Source of the DNA: Oopsacas minuta
Lineage: Eukaryota; Animalia; Porifera
DNA: 64,000 nucleotides
Assembly: GCA_024704765.1 (NCBI GenBank)
Contig: JAKMXF010000033.1
Location: 372,001-436,000, forward strand
Direction: 5' to 3'
Below, piece after piece: positions 39,201-49,370 of this stretch (its first letter is position 1; each line of letters begins with the position of its first letter). The notes beneath the pieces are model-generated. The model was not told the DNA's origin, did not search any database, and saw nothing but the letters and a program-made list of their open reading frames with translations. The translations under genes and the position numbers were made by a program.

Positions 39201-42200
39201 TCCTATGTCTATGTGTGCGATTTCAATAATAATCGCATACAAATATTCGATGAGGATCTGAAATTAGATAGAATTATTGCGAACAAAGAGTTTGGATATC
39301 CATCAGATATATTATTCTCAAAAAAATACTTCTACGTTCTATCCACAGTCAATAATGCAATATTCCAATACACAAATGAAGAGCGACTAATAAGGACAAT
39401 TAGATTGATCGGACAGAGTGCCCCGATAAATGAAGCATACTTCTTCGCGAGGGACAAGCACAAGAACTTTTTAATAAGTGACAAGTACGCAGAGTGTATC
39501 AAGGTATTTTCTCGAGAGGGTAATTATAAAGAGACGCTAGGAGAAGGCAATACACATTACCCGAGGGGACTAGCTGTAACAGAGGATTGTAAGATTATAC
39601 ATGTCTGTGAGAACAAGGAAGGAGCATTCCAAATATATTGACAGTACATAGGATATTTAGTTTGAATATAGACTCAATAATTAGTAGAGCTATGTATTAT
39701 GTAGAATTTCTACAATTATTCGTGTGCGATTGTGGTTTGTGTATATTATAGTTTGTTTTTGTATTTCTTCAAATAATCTCAAATTACCCCCTAAGAAATT
39801 TTCAGTAACTTCCTTAGAATCTGAGTGCCATCCTCCCTCTAGCGTACCAATTGGGTGCATTTCCCATAATGAGCAGTGTATAGCTTGCATAGGTAACTGT
39901 GCAAACTCTTCAGGAATAGCTCTCAGAGATTTTAAGCTAGCTATCTCTTTATCTCCGAAATCTACATATAAAACCTCTGCGGAATCATGTGATGTGTCTG
40001 TGGATAATATCTACAAGAAATAAGATATTTATATATTAAAGTAGGATGGTGCAGTGCATGCCGGTTATAAGAACACATGCATTGCTACTTCAAAGGTGGT
40101 TCTTATACCGCCATCCATTTTATCAATTTATGTAAACTCTACTTTTGCTCTGTATAAGTTAGTATCATCTATATACAAGGAGATACAGAAATCCCCATCA
40201 TCGAAATGCTTGTATTCTGGAAAAGTTTGAATGTTGAGCAACCCGAGACGGTCTTGGAACTTCGTAAAGTTCATAGTATTTTCCTCTAACTATAGGCAAG
40301 ATCAAGATTATGAAAATGAATTGAATATCACTGATCAGTGAAGAGATAATATTAACCTGACAGTAGAAGCTCCCAGGATTTTCAAAGTATGATATACACA
40401 TCTTTATTCTAGGACAAGGCTTGATTCTGAGAGGTTTAAGAAAGTGCTTCGGGGCGCTACTATGCTTGCGTTTCTTAATATCCATGCCTATATATATATA
40501 TATATAAGTAAACTGTACTTTACTGAGAAATGTTTGTTTTATGATTAATTGTTTACCAATAACTCCTAGTTTGTTTATCATTTCCTGTCCAATTATCTCT
40601 ATACCATAGACCCGTCTCTCAACCGATTTAGGGACTGCTTTGAATTTGTTACCTAAAATTATCTAAATAAGCATTTTTTCAAATTTGTTACAAAGAATAT
40701 TTAACTTAATTCAATTAACTCACTTCCTTAAATGTCTCGCATTCATCTTCTGACCATCTCTGTGGAATATTCAAGTATATTTTACAAGTAATACTGAATG
40801 CTGGTATTGATATGAACTGTATAGGGAGATGTGTCATTTCATGAGCTTGTACTTTAATCTTATTACCATAGTCCACTAGATCTATAGTGAATCCTCTTTG
40901 TTCTTTATCTAGGACAACTGCTCTGTACCAGAGACGGTCTTCTGTGTTAAAAGCCATTATTGGCATTCCTATTGGGATATCATATCACTAGGTATTTGGT
41001 TATCGAATTGTTGAATTTTGTAGCAGTTCCCAACCTTTACACCCGTACTTTTTGTGAACCCCTTTCCACAGACTATAATATAAATTTTGAGATCCTGTGG
41101 ACCCCGGTTTGAGAACAGCTGGCTTATAGGTTGAATATCAAATGTATATATACCTAGTCTAATATCTCTAGTATTGAGTCTTGTAGCAGTTTCCCTAGCA
41201 ACACGCTGTAGGTCTCTAGTTATGTCAGATAGTACTGAATCAGTATTCGATAGTAACTATATAAACAGAGAATACGTTAATTACGTATCTTTGGGATATT
41301 TATGAAGTTAACAAACTTGACATTTGAAGTGGTTAGGTGACTCTGTATAAGTACATAGTACTTCTATTTTGTTGTTAAGTGGTAGACTACGCATTGGCAT
41401 AGCTACAGGGCTCAGGAGAGGAGAATTACTCATGGATCGGGGACTCAAGGGAGATAAGGGTGATTGAGATCTTAACTCGAGACTCTCAAGGATGTTAATT
41501 CCCCCAGCTAGTTTATCGACTAGTGAGATCAAGTAACGATCTAGAAAAGAAAGTATTTGGAGACATAACATAAATTTTGAGGAAGAGGACACTCTGACAT
41601 ACATTTTGGCAATTTTGAGCATATAAAACGGAATTATAGCTTTCGAGATAAGTCAATGCGTTACACCCCTAATTATGGGATAATAGTACTACAAATTTCG
41701 TACATATATTATTGAGACTATACGAATGTAGTGATTTACCTCTTGTATTCTCGTGTACAGTCATGTATAAAGCCTTCTGTGAAACTAATGCTCTGAATTC
41801 TTCCAGGTTATAAGCTCCCAACAGCTTAGTGCTGTGTAGACCACATTCAATAGCCATTGCAGGATGATGCATTGCGAAAGTAGGAATTATCTTCAAATCA
41901 TAAGGTAGGACCTGAATAGAAATGTACAGTCAACTCACGTTATATCGAAGCTATAGGGACCATATTTGTACAATTTAAGTCCTCGATACAAGCAGGAATT
42001 GACTGTAGCCAAGTTCTAAGGTTATTATATACCTCGTCTCTATTCCCATAGTCTATATAAAAGACCTGTACTTTATCGGCTGTACAGTGAGGTACACTCG
42101 TGACAACTGCACGTGCCCATGTGTTAGCTTCATAATAAGGAGTAGCACATAGAACTCCTTCAGTAGGACTCCTCAGCCATTGCTCATCTAGCTCTGTATC

Positions 42201-44268
42201 CGAGAACGATTCAGCTAGCCTGTAAGGAATACTATAAATAGCTGAAATAACAATCTGAATAAAACAGCTGACCTCTCTGTCAACCAATCAAGTTCTCTAG
42301 AATGTTTCGTAAGCTGAACATAGAATTTATTCCAATCTACAACACAAGTAATACACACAGCTTCTCCATCATCTACTTCTAGTGTAAGGCCATGAGGAGA
42401 CCTGTACATGCTTAGATAGTAGTTATTCTCTATAACACACATATCTGATAGAAGCTCTTCTAACGGTTCTCCCTTCCCAGGTATAAATACCTGTAGCCAG
42501 TGTACTGTTCCAATCCTATTCTTCACGCTCACTTCAAAATTCATTCTCGTATTTTCTCCCAGAGATAACAGCCTCTCTCTAACTTCTAGTCCCCAGCAAT
42601 TAGCCTTAATAGGTCTTAGATTGAGAGAGCAGATGAAGCATAGAGCAGTTTGTTCGGCTGCATCCGGGGTCATGCTGAACATCTGTTCATACGTTACCTA
42701 ACAAATAAGCTTCCTATAATGAGTAATTCAGTGTTACTTCAGTCATACAGTAGAATTCTGATAAGACGTACTACCAATCAAATACACTCGTGTTCGCCTA
42801 TTAGCAAGTTATTCAGGGACTTAGAGTCCATTCAGTACTGGGAATAATTATTCTATTAGCAAGTTCGCGCATTAGCGAGGGAAATTAGACTGTAATTAGT
42901 TTCCATTCATATAATACAATCCTTATTCGGATAGTACGTATGTAATAATTTTAGTTCCCAAATGGGTACGTCTTATCCAAGTTCTACTGCAGTTCTTATA
43001 CTGACATTAATCGTGTGCCCGAAGTCAATAAGATGGACTTGCGCTGTCTTGTCAGATGGCCGCACACAAGTTACTCTAGCACGATACTTCAACAGATCAG
43101 CTGGATTCTGTATTAAACAGTAAGCTCCCTCTCTTGTCAGTTTCTCTGAGAGAGGAGCCATTGACTTGAAGGGAGAAAGACGAGGAGAATTCATTATTTC
43201 TTGTAATTCTTGAAGCTTTTTAAGGTCAGTAGATGACCGGAAATATATCTCAGAAGGTGAGACTACGGTTGACATATGGCATGCTGACTACAGACATAAG
43301 CCAGTAATAACCACATATAAATAAGATAATTGCATTTTTATACCTGTAAGCAAGGTTCTAGCACATTGCATTTAACCAGAGGCGTTGCCATGCCATGTGA
43401 AATCAACAGCTCTCCTATAGAACTCTTACCACTCGGTTGTGTTAACAATATATAGTAACAGATAGAATCATAACTCCAGAGTAACTTCCCTTCTAACTCC
43501 TTCCCGAGGCTCAAGCGCCTTAGACTGTCGAGACCCTCTGAGCTGAGACAAGTTGCATTGGACAGGCAGCACTTTATTGCCTGTCTGGTGGGTTGTAGGG
43601 CGTGATTAGGCAGTGCTGTCACACGGGAGAGAGGTACACTCTCATATGATCCATAATCCACATGGAATACACGGACATTATTGCTCTGTAAGCTCACTAC
43701 TTCTGATCTGCATAGTGAAGCTCTTGCACTATACAAATTGGACCTAAATTTGCTATACGTATATACAGTAGTTCTTATCCAACAAATTATCCGATTCAAT
43801 TGTCAGAATATACTATTAATAGTTTTGGAATTGTATTCAGTGTAACCTCCACAAACGGGCCTGTGGAATGGAGAGCGATTTCCTAGACCCAGATAAATGG
43901 ATCTTTACAAACGAAGAATTTGGAAGAAACGGTAAACGGGATAGCATTTTTCGGCGTCCCAGGCAACCCATTTGTGGAAGTTCTACTGTAATTGGTTGAG
44001 AAATACTGTATTATATTGCAATGCTTTTAACTTACGTTGAGTAAGATAGGATAATCTCTCCTAGTCTGGGAGTATACTTCCTCCAGGGAGGTCTTGTCAC
44101 CTCCCTCTCCAGACGAGAGTACATTTCATCAAGTTTATAAGCATCAGCTGTCTCCAACAGCTGGATATAAAAACAACCACTAGAATGTACCTCCTTAACA
44201 CAAACTTGTTGTATCACATCTAGTACTACTCTACAGCGATCTAGGAAGTTGTGTCTACCTCTCGACAT
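18274..44268 (-). CDS. Giant multi-Tudor (extended Tudor) scaffold protein, Tudor/TDRD6/TDRD1-like, about 4631 aa, 27 exons: 44036-44268, 43344-43752, 43006-43287, 42273-42697, 42033-42219, 41740-41911, 41317-41540, 41154-41256, 40724-40968, 40557-40662, 40357-40487, 40143-40289, 39788-40010, 37032-37216, 36473-36710, 35980-36276, 34623-34898, 34016-34227, 33289-33553, 30733-30911, 30111-30312, 29753-29991, 29033-29268, 28468-28713, 28099-28411, 27414-27714, 18274-26093
   Basis: All junctions are phase-compatible (25 GT-AG, one GC-AG), and the exons sum to 13896 nt = 4632 codons. 21 repeats of the W/L-Y-R-A/G...[FY]-[VI]-D-[YF]-G-N motif: 10 in the spliced part and 11 in the 7.8-kb last exon. 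The start codon at 44268 is less certain than the internal exons. Confidence 0.85.
24620..25405 (-). repeat. Coding minisatellite (about 30-bp unit) encoding GFG[GNR]RDR[NSG]EG repeats inside the Tudor protein
   Basis: Tandem units such as CCAAACCCTCCTTCACTCCGATCTCTATTT on the + strand. Core at about 24905-25290. Confidence 0.9.
29563..29692. mobile_element. MITE family A copy in a Tudor-gene intron
   Basis: TAGTCAACTCTCGAAGC...GATAATTACTTCGATAT...ATCATATTTGTACAA...TATAACGAGAGGTGAATA. Confidence 0.75.
30561..30708. mobile_element. MITE family A, degenerate copy in a Tudor-gene intron
   Basis: CGTTATGTCGAAGTTCAAG...TTTGACTGTTTGGAACCATATTTGTACAA...AGAGTTGACTA. Confidence 0.65.
31061..31496. 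mobile_element. MITE family B (hAT-like) copy interrupted by a nested element
   Basis: CAGCGGTTCTTAACC left end and GGTCCACAGGATCTC core. The remainder resumes after 31421 and ends GGGTGAAAAAGGTTGGCAAC. Confidence 0.8.
31123..31421. mobile_element. Tc1/pogo-type MITE (299 bp) nested in the hAT-like MITE
   Basis: 24-bp imperfect TIRs CAGTGGAACCTCCATAATCCGACA / CAGTGCGAACTCCATAATCCGGCA (reverse complement). TA on the left, TG on the right. Confidence 0.8.
31660..32871 (+). CDS. Coiled-coil plus NHL-repeat beta-propeller protein (TRIM-NHL-like, without RING or B-box), intronless, nested antisense in Tudor intron 19
   Basis: N-terminal heptad region followed by NHL repeats ([39 protein letters not shown]). 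First ATG at 31660; the ORF track starts it at TTG 31633. Confidence 0.85.
   Translation: MAARNVRYEDQLVGIHGDFNTQVDRMRREILELFQYLHAHLDDRKDVLLWELNQMITTQERNKDAEQAIKQLEATMESILLTISSNLLREKKEYYSDTIARDIAEYKEQIQGMQEVDTMHPIYDKFKFDEAINSIHLSAAKIEYKAEPKKFRDRGHLKRPRGLAISDNIIFIADRFNFVKAFSMDGQYMQNLCVGKNHLHNPWGVAVYDDVIFVTDAGQKQISKFMRSGELVKKSGWKGQKEGEFVNPRGLFADQQAVYVCDQGNNRIQRLTHDLAFISIITNIQLKSPVDVFVRKRQIIVFPLNENKVLIFNMEGEMIKTVQLDAEPVIKESYFFTVNRWDHIIISLRPEGCIKTFSQDGQLIHEVGRGHAIDCYGVSITASGEGIVCVANGCDNGSIQIYN
32970..33151. mobile_element. MITE family C
   Basis: TIRs GAGTATAACCTACACAACCGGG / CCCGTCTGTGGAGGTTACACTG with TA flanks. Homologous to 43838-43988. Confidence 0.8.
33677..33822. mobile_element. MITE family B (hAT-like), uninterrupted copy
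   Basis: TIRs CAGCGGTTCCCAACC / GGTTGGGAAGCGTTG. No perfect 8-bp target-site duplication remains. Confidence 0.8.
34413..34550. mobile_element. Probable DNA-transposon fragment with a perfect 13-bp inverted repeat
   Basis: TAATCTGAGGTCT / AGACCTCAGATTA (34413-34461) and a C-rich end CCCTAAATGAAACCCTG resembling a hAT terminus. Confidence 0.45.
36789..36936. mobile_element. MITE family A copy (inverted orientation) in Tudor intron 14
   Basis: CAGTCAACCCCCG...TTGTACAAATATGG...CTTGAGCTTCGATATAACTGGAGTTGACTG-TA. Confidence 0.8.
37247..37394. mobile_element. MITE family D copy immediately upstream of the lipocalin gene
   Basis: AAGTAGAACTCAGATAAGACGTAC start, with TTATTCGGA and CCCAATGGGGTAC blocks shared with 42748-42989. 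Confidence 0.65.
37414..38040 (+). CDS. Secreted lipocalin-like protein, intronless, nested antisense in Tudor intron 13
   Basis: Hydrophobic signal peptide ([21 protein letters not shown]), an SCR1-like motif ([12 protein letters not shown]), paired cysteines, and a late strand-helix pattern (INFYTR...MMNSAKKYG). Confidence 0.65.
   Translation: MRLASLIILNIIIVLSSIVGAEHCPKQEDIRSDFVKNNFSVTKFQGIYYEAMYHDSTQPRFCKCERANKKFLPDSNMIYDNFTIICVGKEYPEALMFNLTKENGIFVGWVNITAIKRIRIPDTVVDVGVNIDGEYEWVIEYQCIEEFDIIIFEAINFYTRARFPTNDTKMIMMNSAKKYGILEHIKEGELITNDQTNCTYGEEDRKRN
38445..39641 (+). CDS. Coiled-coil plus NHL-repeat protein, paralogue of 31660-32871, intronless, nested antisense in Tudor intron 13
   Basis: NHL repeats ([54 protein letters not shown]). 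Same layout and FQIY/IQIY terminus as the paralogue. Confidence 0.85.
   Translation: MANEENNFEIEFNAIEEKINAVIDKIHKLVDERKERLLKRLNDLKISYGRNCEAESAMKQLQQFRDAGANLLTSNLLENSKVISLEVIDKQIESWKQKQASMKIHAKHELKWNEFEVKNALNGVDLILTDPCYSKRNLPTYSTCKQGHEEGDISVPFYIALVEEENEVYIADSGNHRIAIHNMEGEFLRQFNKTRVESPRGIAVTNEAVFVTDNIQHALYKFNHEGEISRKIKKQGEGRGAFLNPCAVACKYSYVYVCDFNNNRIQIFDEDLKLDRIIANKEFGYPSDILFSKKYFYVLSTVNNAIFQYTNEERLIRTIRLIGQSAPINEAYFFARDKHKNFLISDKYAECIKVFSREGNYKETLGEGNTHYPRGLAVTEDCKIIHVCENKEGAFQIY
40052..40119. mobile_element. MITE family E, short copy in Tudor intron 12
   Basis: CAGTGCATGCCGGTTATAAGAACA...GTTCTTATACCGCCATCCA, matching 44304-44445. Confidence 0.55.
41021..41121. mobile_element. MITE family B (hAT-like), inverted copy in Tudor intron 8
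   Basis: TAGCAGTTCCCAACCTTTACACCC...GAGATCCTGTGGACC...GGTTTGAGAACAGCTG. Confidence 0.75.
41927..42005. mobile_element. MITE family A, internally deleted 79-bp copy filling most of a 121-bp Tudor intron
   Basis: TA-CAGTCAACTCACGTTATATCGAAGC...GGGACCATATTTGTACAA...GGAATTGACTG-TA. Confidence 0.85.
42748..42989. mobile_element. MITE family D copy in Tudor intron 3, possibly containing another small element
   Basis: TIRs CAGTAGAATTCTGATAAGACGTAC / GTACGTCTTATCCAAGTTCTACTG. The internal TTAGCAAGTT blocks resemble 13675-13740. Confidence 0.75.
43838..43988. mobile_element. MITE family C copy in Tudor intron 1
   Basis: TIRs CAGTGTAACCTCCACAAACGGG / CCCATTTGTGGAAGTTCTACTG-TA. Confidence 0.8.
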
Positions 44269-44303
44269 TGCATACTATTTATTAGTACATAATAATAATA
44301 ATA

Positions 44304-44445
44304 CAGTAGATGTTGGTTATAAGAATATATCGGATAAAAGCACTTTCCTCTGGAAAACGATTCTCATATATTCCTGTATATTTATGTCGCTTATAAGAAC
44401 ATGTATTGTTACTCCCATGGGTGTTCTTATAACCAGTATACACTG
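44304..44445. mobile_element. MITE family E copy between the ELOVL stop and the Tudor-gene start
   Basis: TA-CAGTAGATGTTGGTTATAAGAA ... TTCTTATAACCAGTATACACTG-TA. Confidence 0.8.
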
Positions 44446-44555
44446 TAATAAAAATTATCAAAAGCTAGAAAATATACTAAAATCACAAAATATAAACGCA
44501 AACTCTATCCATAAATAAATATTCAATAATTCTCGCATAATTCCCGTGTATATTT

Positions 44556-45254
44556 CTAATCCCGTTTAATCCTATGTCTCTTCTTAACAAAGGCATGGTA
44601 GTAGAAGTTCCCAAACAGTAGAATCATTGAGAGAGGATATAAAACACTATATACACAGAATCCATGATACATATAGCCTGGAATAGAGAATGTTAGACAG
44701 ATAACGAACTGAACTAGTTGTAAATGAGTGATGACTCTCTTCCATGAGTTATCCACCTTCTTAACAACAGAAATAGCGTAGTATGAATACATCCAAATAT
44801 GTACGAAAGAATTCATGAATATAACTATACTCATCGGTTTCCATGGAGACAGAGAATACGAATAGTCACCTAACAATACCATTGTAGAGTGATGGAAAAT
44901 ATGTAAGAAACTCATTTGATGGAGGTTATGACGTAGCACCATAAATACGGTGTCTAACAGCTCCAATATTTTGCTGAGGAAATACAAATAGTATATTTGT
45001 TTCAATAATCCTCTCACTTCGACCAATTCGAACACAGATCCTTCCGTTAAGAACTCTTTGAATCCGATTACAGTACATACTATGCTGATCAACACGCATA
45101 CTATGTTGTAGATCACTAGGGTCCATTTTAGATGTATTTTAGGTACCAGACGTACCCATATTAGCGATACCGGTAGGATTAGTAGATAGCCAGCGAATAT
45201 AGGGAAAGATGATAGATTGTAGAAATTCTTTAAAACACGGAGTTGAGTATCCAT
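44556..45254 (-). CDS. Fatty-acid elongase (ELOVL/GNS1/SUR4 family), intronless
   Basis: All four family motifs are present: SKILELLDT, SFLHIFHHS, NSFVHIWMYSYY, THLQLVQ. Basic C-terminus. Confidence 0.92.
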   Translation of the reverse strand: MDTQLRVLKNFYNLSSFPIFAGYLLILPVSLIWVRLVPKIHLKWTLVIYNIVCVLISIVCTVIGFKEFLTEGSVFELVEVRGLLKQIYYLYFLSKILELLDTVFMVLRHNLHQMSFLHIFHHSTMVLLGDYSYSLSPWKPMSIVIFMNSFVHIWMYSYYAISVVKKVDNSWKRVITHLQLVQFVICLTFSIPGYMYHGFCVYSVLYPLSMILLFGNFYYHAFVKKRHRIKRD

Positions 45255-45748
45255 GCTATAATTATATGGATTAATACAATAATGCCATATGTGTAGGTAT
45301 ATTTTTTAATAATTTCGTGTTACAGGCGCGCCAATATTTTACACTAATTAAATATGATTAGTTCTTGACGGCGGTTAAGATAGGCGCCTAACAATTAGAG
45401 TTAAATTCATGGCTGAGCAGCAGAAGTATATAAAGATATATATGTCACATGGCTACATAGTACTATTGACGATTATTGTATATTCTAACACTACTAGTTG
45501 CGCTTAACCTAGAACGGTGTCTCAATTAGAGCAAATACAGTAATGTTCTTATGAATGAACGACCTTTCTACTATAGAACCTCCTAAGCTTAAGCTCTCTG
45601 GAATGCATTTATCGCCAGTTAGAAACTAATAAAATCAATAACTGTAATGTCTATTAAATAATGTGATTCTATTGCGGAGTAGTTACACATAACTCACACT
45701 AAACAGCAAATAATGAATGTATGTGTTCGCAGCTAGAATTGTAATATA

Positions 45749-48700
45749 TTAAACAAAGGTTATTCTAGTACGAGAAGGATTAACTTGTAGAATATTCAGA
45801 GCTTCATACTCTTCTAAACAAGCTTCAAACTGATCAGGAGTATATCTAGAAATAAACAAACATTCAAAAAGAACCAATTATCCCAGGGGTTCCTAACCTG
45901 GATAGATTGTGGACCGCTGACTGATCCAAACAATCAAATAACTTACCCTTTAGCTAGTACTCTCTGTCTAGCATCTTCAAACGCTAGCATATTATTCTTA
46001 GCTCCAAGGGACGCGTCGCGTATTATGCCAAACACAGCATCCACTGGATTAACTCCTGATTGCTTCTCTGCTTCATCGTATAGAGAAGATTTTGACATTT
46101 CTATCAGACGTATAGCTTCCTTTACATCGTCTTTATCTACAACATCAGCTAGCCTTAGTTTTGTAAGAGCAGTGGATAGACGTAGAATAGCTAATAGAGT
46201 TCTAGCAGATACAAATGTTTGTGTGTGTTTAGCTTTCTGACAACGAGCATCTTTACGTAGCTCTACGTATGCACCGGTTATGTATTCGTTTAAACTAGTT
46301 GGCACCTAAAGTAATTAGATTAATATACATAGTATGTATCTAAACAGGCCCCTGTTAATGAGGAACTTATCTCCACACGATGTCTATCTAAGCATGCGGG
46401 TGGGTGGAATTTCATATATTATCATCACCGTATTTCATTCTTTTATGACGTTATCATAAGTGGCCAATTTATGGAAGAATTTCAATGACTCTACTTCAAA
46501 GTATCTTAATTATACGTGTAAATCACTACTATTAACCCGTTAGTTAGCGAATATATTGTGTAGTTGAATTTCAGTGAGAAATGGTGAAATAATGACAAAA
46601 TTCTTGTGATAGGTGAACTTGATGCGAGCAGTGGAACTGAAACAAATTTCTAACTAACAGTGGTGGCCTTTGATGTTAAATATAACAACTTACAACTGGC
46701 CGATGCTTTCTACAGTTATTAAGGTATCTAGCCATCAGGTTAACATCTATCGGGGTAATATTAGTTTGAGGATGTACCCCATGCATATGTACATAAGTTA
46801 TATGCTGAGCTAGTCTCATATCATTCTCCGCATCACATTTATCCCTGATTAACCATAGCAGATCAAAACGAGATAACAGAGCTGCTGGTAGCTGTATATT
46901 AGCCTCTGCAGATTTTTTAATATTATACCGTCCATACGCAGGATTAGCAGCAGCTAGTATTGCAGCACGAGCATTTAGTGTTGTTATTATGCCTGCTTTA
47001 GCAATTGATATTGTCTGTTGTTCCATTACCTCGTGAATAGCAGTTCTAGTGGAAGGCCAGTTTATTAGAGAAGGCTTAATTTCTATGCCTGTGTATAAAT
47101 CCATTCCAGGATATATCTAGGTTCTTGGCGGGCACCTAAAAGTGTCAGTTCAGCAGCCATGAAGGACACGAAGTGCCAACCGTGAGACTCAAATTAGTAT
47201 AGGTTCAATTTGTTACCGTCCAAAAAATGCTATCCCAGGAGAGTCACTGCAAGAAAAGTGCCGACCTAGAAATTCCTGGAAAAACCCGTTCATGGAAAAT
47301 GGCCCAATTCATGTGTAAATTCTCACCTGTCAGAGTCCATCATCTTGTCAAACTCATCAATACAACATACCCCCTGATCAGCCAGGACCAGAGCTCCTCC
47401 TTCCAACACGAACTCACCTGTCACTGGATCCTTCATGACAGCAGCCGTGAGACCTACCCCTGAACTACCACGTCCTGTCGTGTACTGACTACGAGGAGCT
47501 ACTCGGTCTATATAAGCTAACAACTGACTCTTAGCTACCCCTGGATCCCCCATAAGACAAATATTTATACTCCCACGGATCTTCACACCTCTTGTACATC
47601 TATCTACCCCTCCAACCAACAGCAGCAAGAGGGCCTTCTTCACATCTTCATGTCCGTATATCTCTGGAGCAAGGGAAGCAGCTAGCGTCTCGTAGAAGTC
47701 CTGTTGAGTAGCTAACTGTTCTAAATCCTCTTCTGTCAGATCTCCTTCTTCAGTCTCATCTTCCTGTAAATATGAATAAATTAGATATAATAACTACAGT
47801 AGAACACCTTTGTAACTGATTAATGCAAACTCACTATATCCGTTTTCTTAAGTTTCACAATTCTATGTGCTTCAAAGAAAGTATCAGAGAGTAGACCTTG
47901 AGTGAACTGTTTAAATCCGGTCTTCAACACGGGAAGGAATATACCGGTTATTGACACGTGGTCGCCTGGTATAGAGAGCCTTGTCACCTCACCGGAAGCA
48001 TGCACCGTTACGGAGCGGGGGACATGACCTATTGGTACCTGGTCACTCTGTTCTTGTACTCGGAGCTCCTACAATGAATAAATATAGTAGTAATTTCCTA
48101 TAAAATATTTTTGTCGATCTGATTGAGGAACTGGTAAGAGCTACGAACTTAAATTTGGCATGTGTATGGAATGTGATAAATCTAGGAACATGTGACGAAA
48201 CTACAAACTATACCTGGAATCTAATGAACTTAGAGCCACGTGTCTGCATGTATAGTCTGCCACCAGACTTATTATGCTGACACTCAGCACTAGGACATGC
48301 TGACAGAGGCATGAAGCTAGATCCATTGACAGGTTGATACGTCTCAGCTCCACACTGGTCGCATGTGTAAGTAGCTACTTGTACAGAGGGCTTAACCTGT
48401 AGAATGGAATTCTTAAAACAGATCAAAATATATAATTAAATAGAAAGGCAAATTAACCTCAGTAGCTCTTGTCACTATTCCTCTAACAGTGATCAGTTTG
48501 CCGATACATTCTGCTTTTAGTTCTCTCACAGATATAAGAGGCTGTTGAGAACTAGCTTTGAAATACACCTCAAATCTCCTGAGTAGGTCAGGGGGGTAAC
48601 ATCGTCTGATATCCTTCAAAGTCTCCTGTGTGGACTGCTGAGCGCGCTGTCTCAAGAGGATACGATGTTCTACGAATACGTCAAGAGCATCTTTCGGGGG

Positions 48701-49039
48701 AACATCTCTATCAGAAGTATTATCAAAATATTTAGTAGATTATATACGAATTCATGTTTACCTCGTTTTGAGTTCAGGTAGCATTTCAAAAACAACCTCA
48801 GAGAATAGTTGCTGGTATCTACAAGCATTCTGACGGATAGCATCAGCTAGCTCCACATCAAACTCACTGACGTCATCAAGATCAATAATCAGTTCAATCT
48901 CATCTCTATGAGCTAGACTAGTCATTCGTTCTAAGTACTTATACAGCTTACCAGGACCGTGAGGGCCTGCTGTACTCAAATAGAACTCTCTGAAGAAACG
49001 TTGCATCTTCTTCTTTTCTTCTCCATAATCAGCAGGCAT
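45749..49039 (-). CDS. MCM7: DNA replication licensing factor MCM7. Exons: 48762-49039, 48458-48707, 48214-48396, 47835-48068, 47327-47763, 46694-47045, 45947-46305, 45749-45845
   Basis: Phase-compatible GT-AG junctions. Zn finger CDQCG...CPSAEC, Walker [12 protein letters not shown], Walker [10 protein letters not shown], arginine finger ALLSRFDL, and the MCM7 terminus [12 protein letters not shown]. Confidence 0.97.
47115..47192. repeat. Dispersed 70-80-bp repeat, copy 1 (MCM7 intron)
   Basis: ATCTAGGTTCTTGGCGGGCACCTAAAAGT...AGCCATG...CCGTGAGACTCAA, aligns with 57981-58047. Confidence 0.8.
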
Positions 49040-49370
49040 CCTTGTACAACGATTATTATATGTTCAAATGCTAAGTACTATAACGTGTGCATTTGTGGTA
49101 ATTATGCAACAATTGCTTGTGCCTCAACCACTTAGCATGGTCATATCTCGGAAACTATAAGTGTTTTATATGCTCAAAATTGCAAAAATGTAGGTCAGAG
49201 TGTCCTCTTTCCGAAAAATTATATCTCAAGACAATTTTACCTTTCATAACTACATATATTAACGAATAATAATCACGTGTAAACATTTAAATATATTTGA
49301 CAACAATGCAATTACTGTATCACACAAATAAATATATCTGTTAATTAAGAGCTGAAGGGCATAATCCGAT

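Noticed and set aside
31660-39641. Functional germline module linking Tudor and TRIM-NHL genes
   Set aside because: The guests lack RING/B-box, and nothing in the sequence shows RNA binding or co-expression. Nesting alone is not evidence of a shared pathway.
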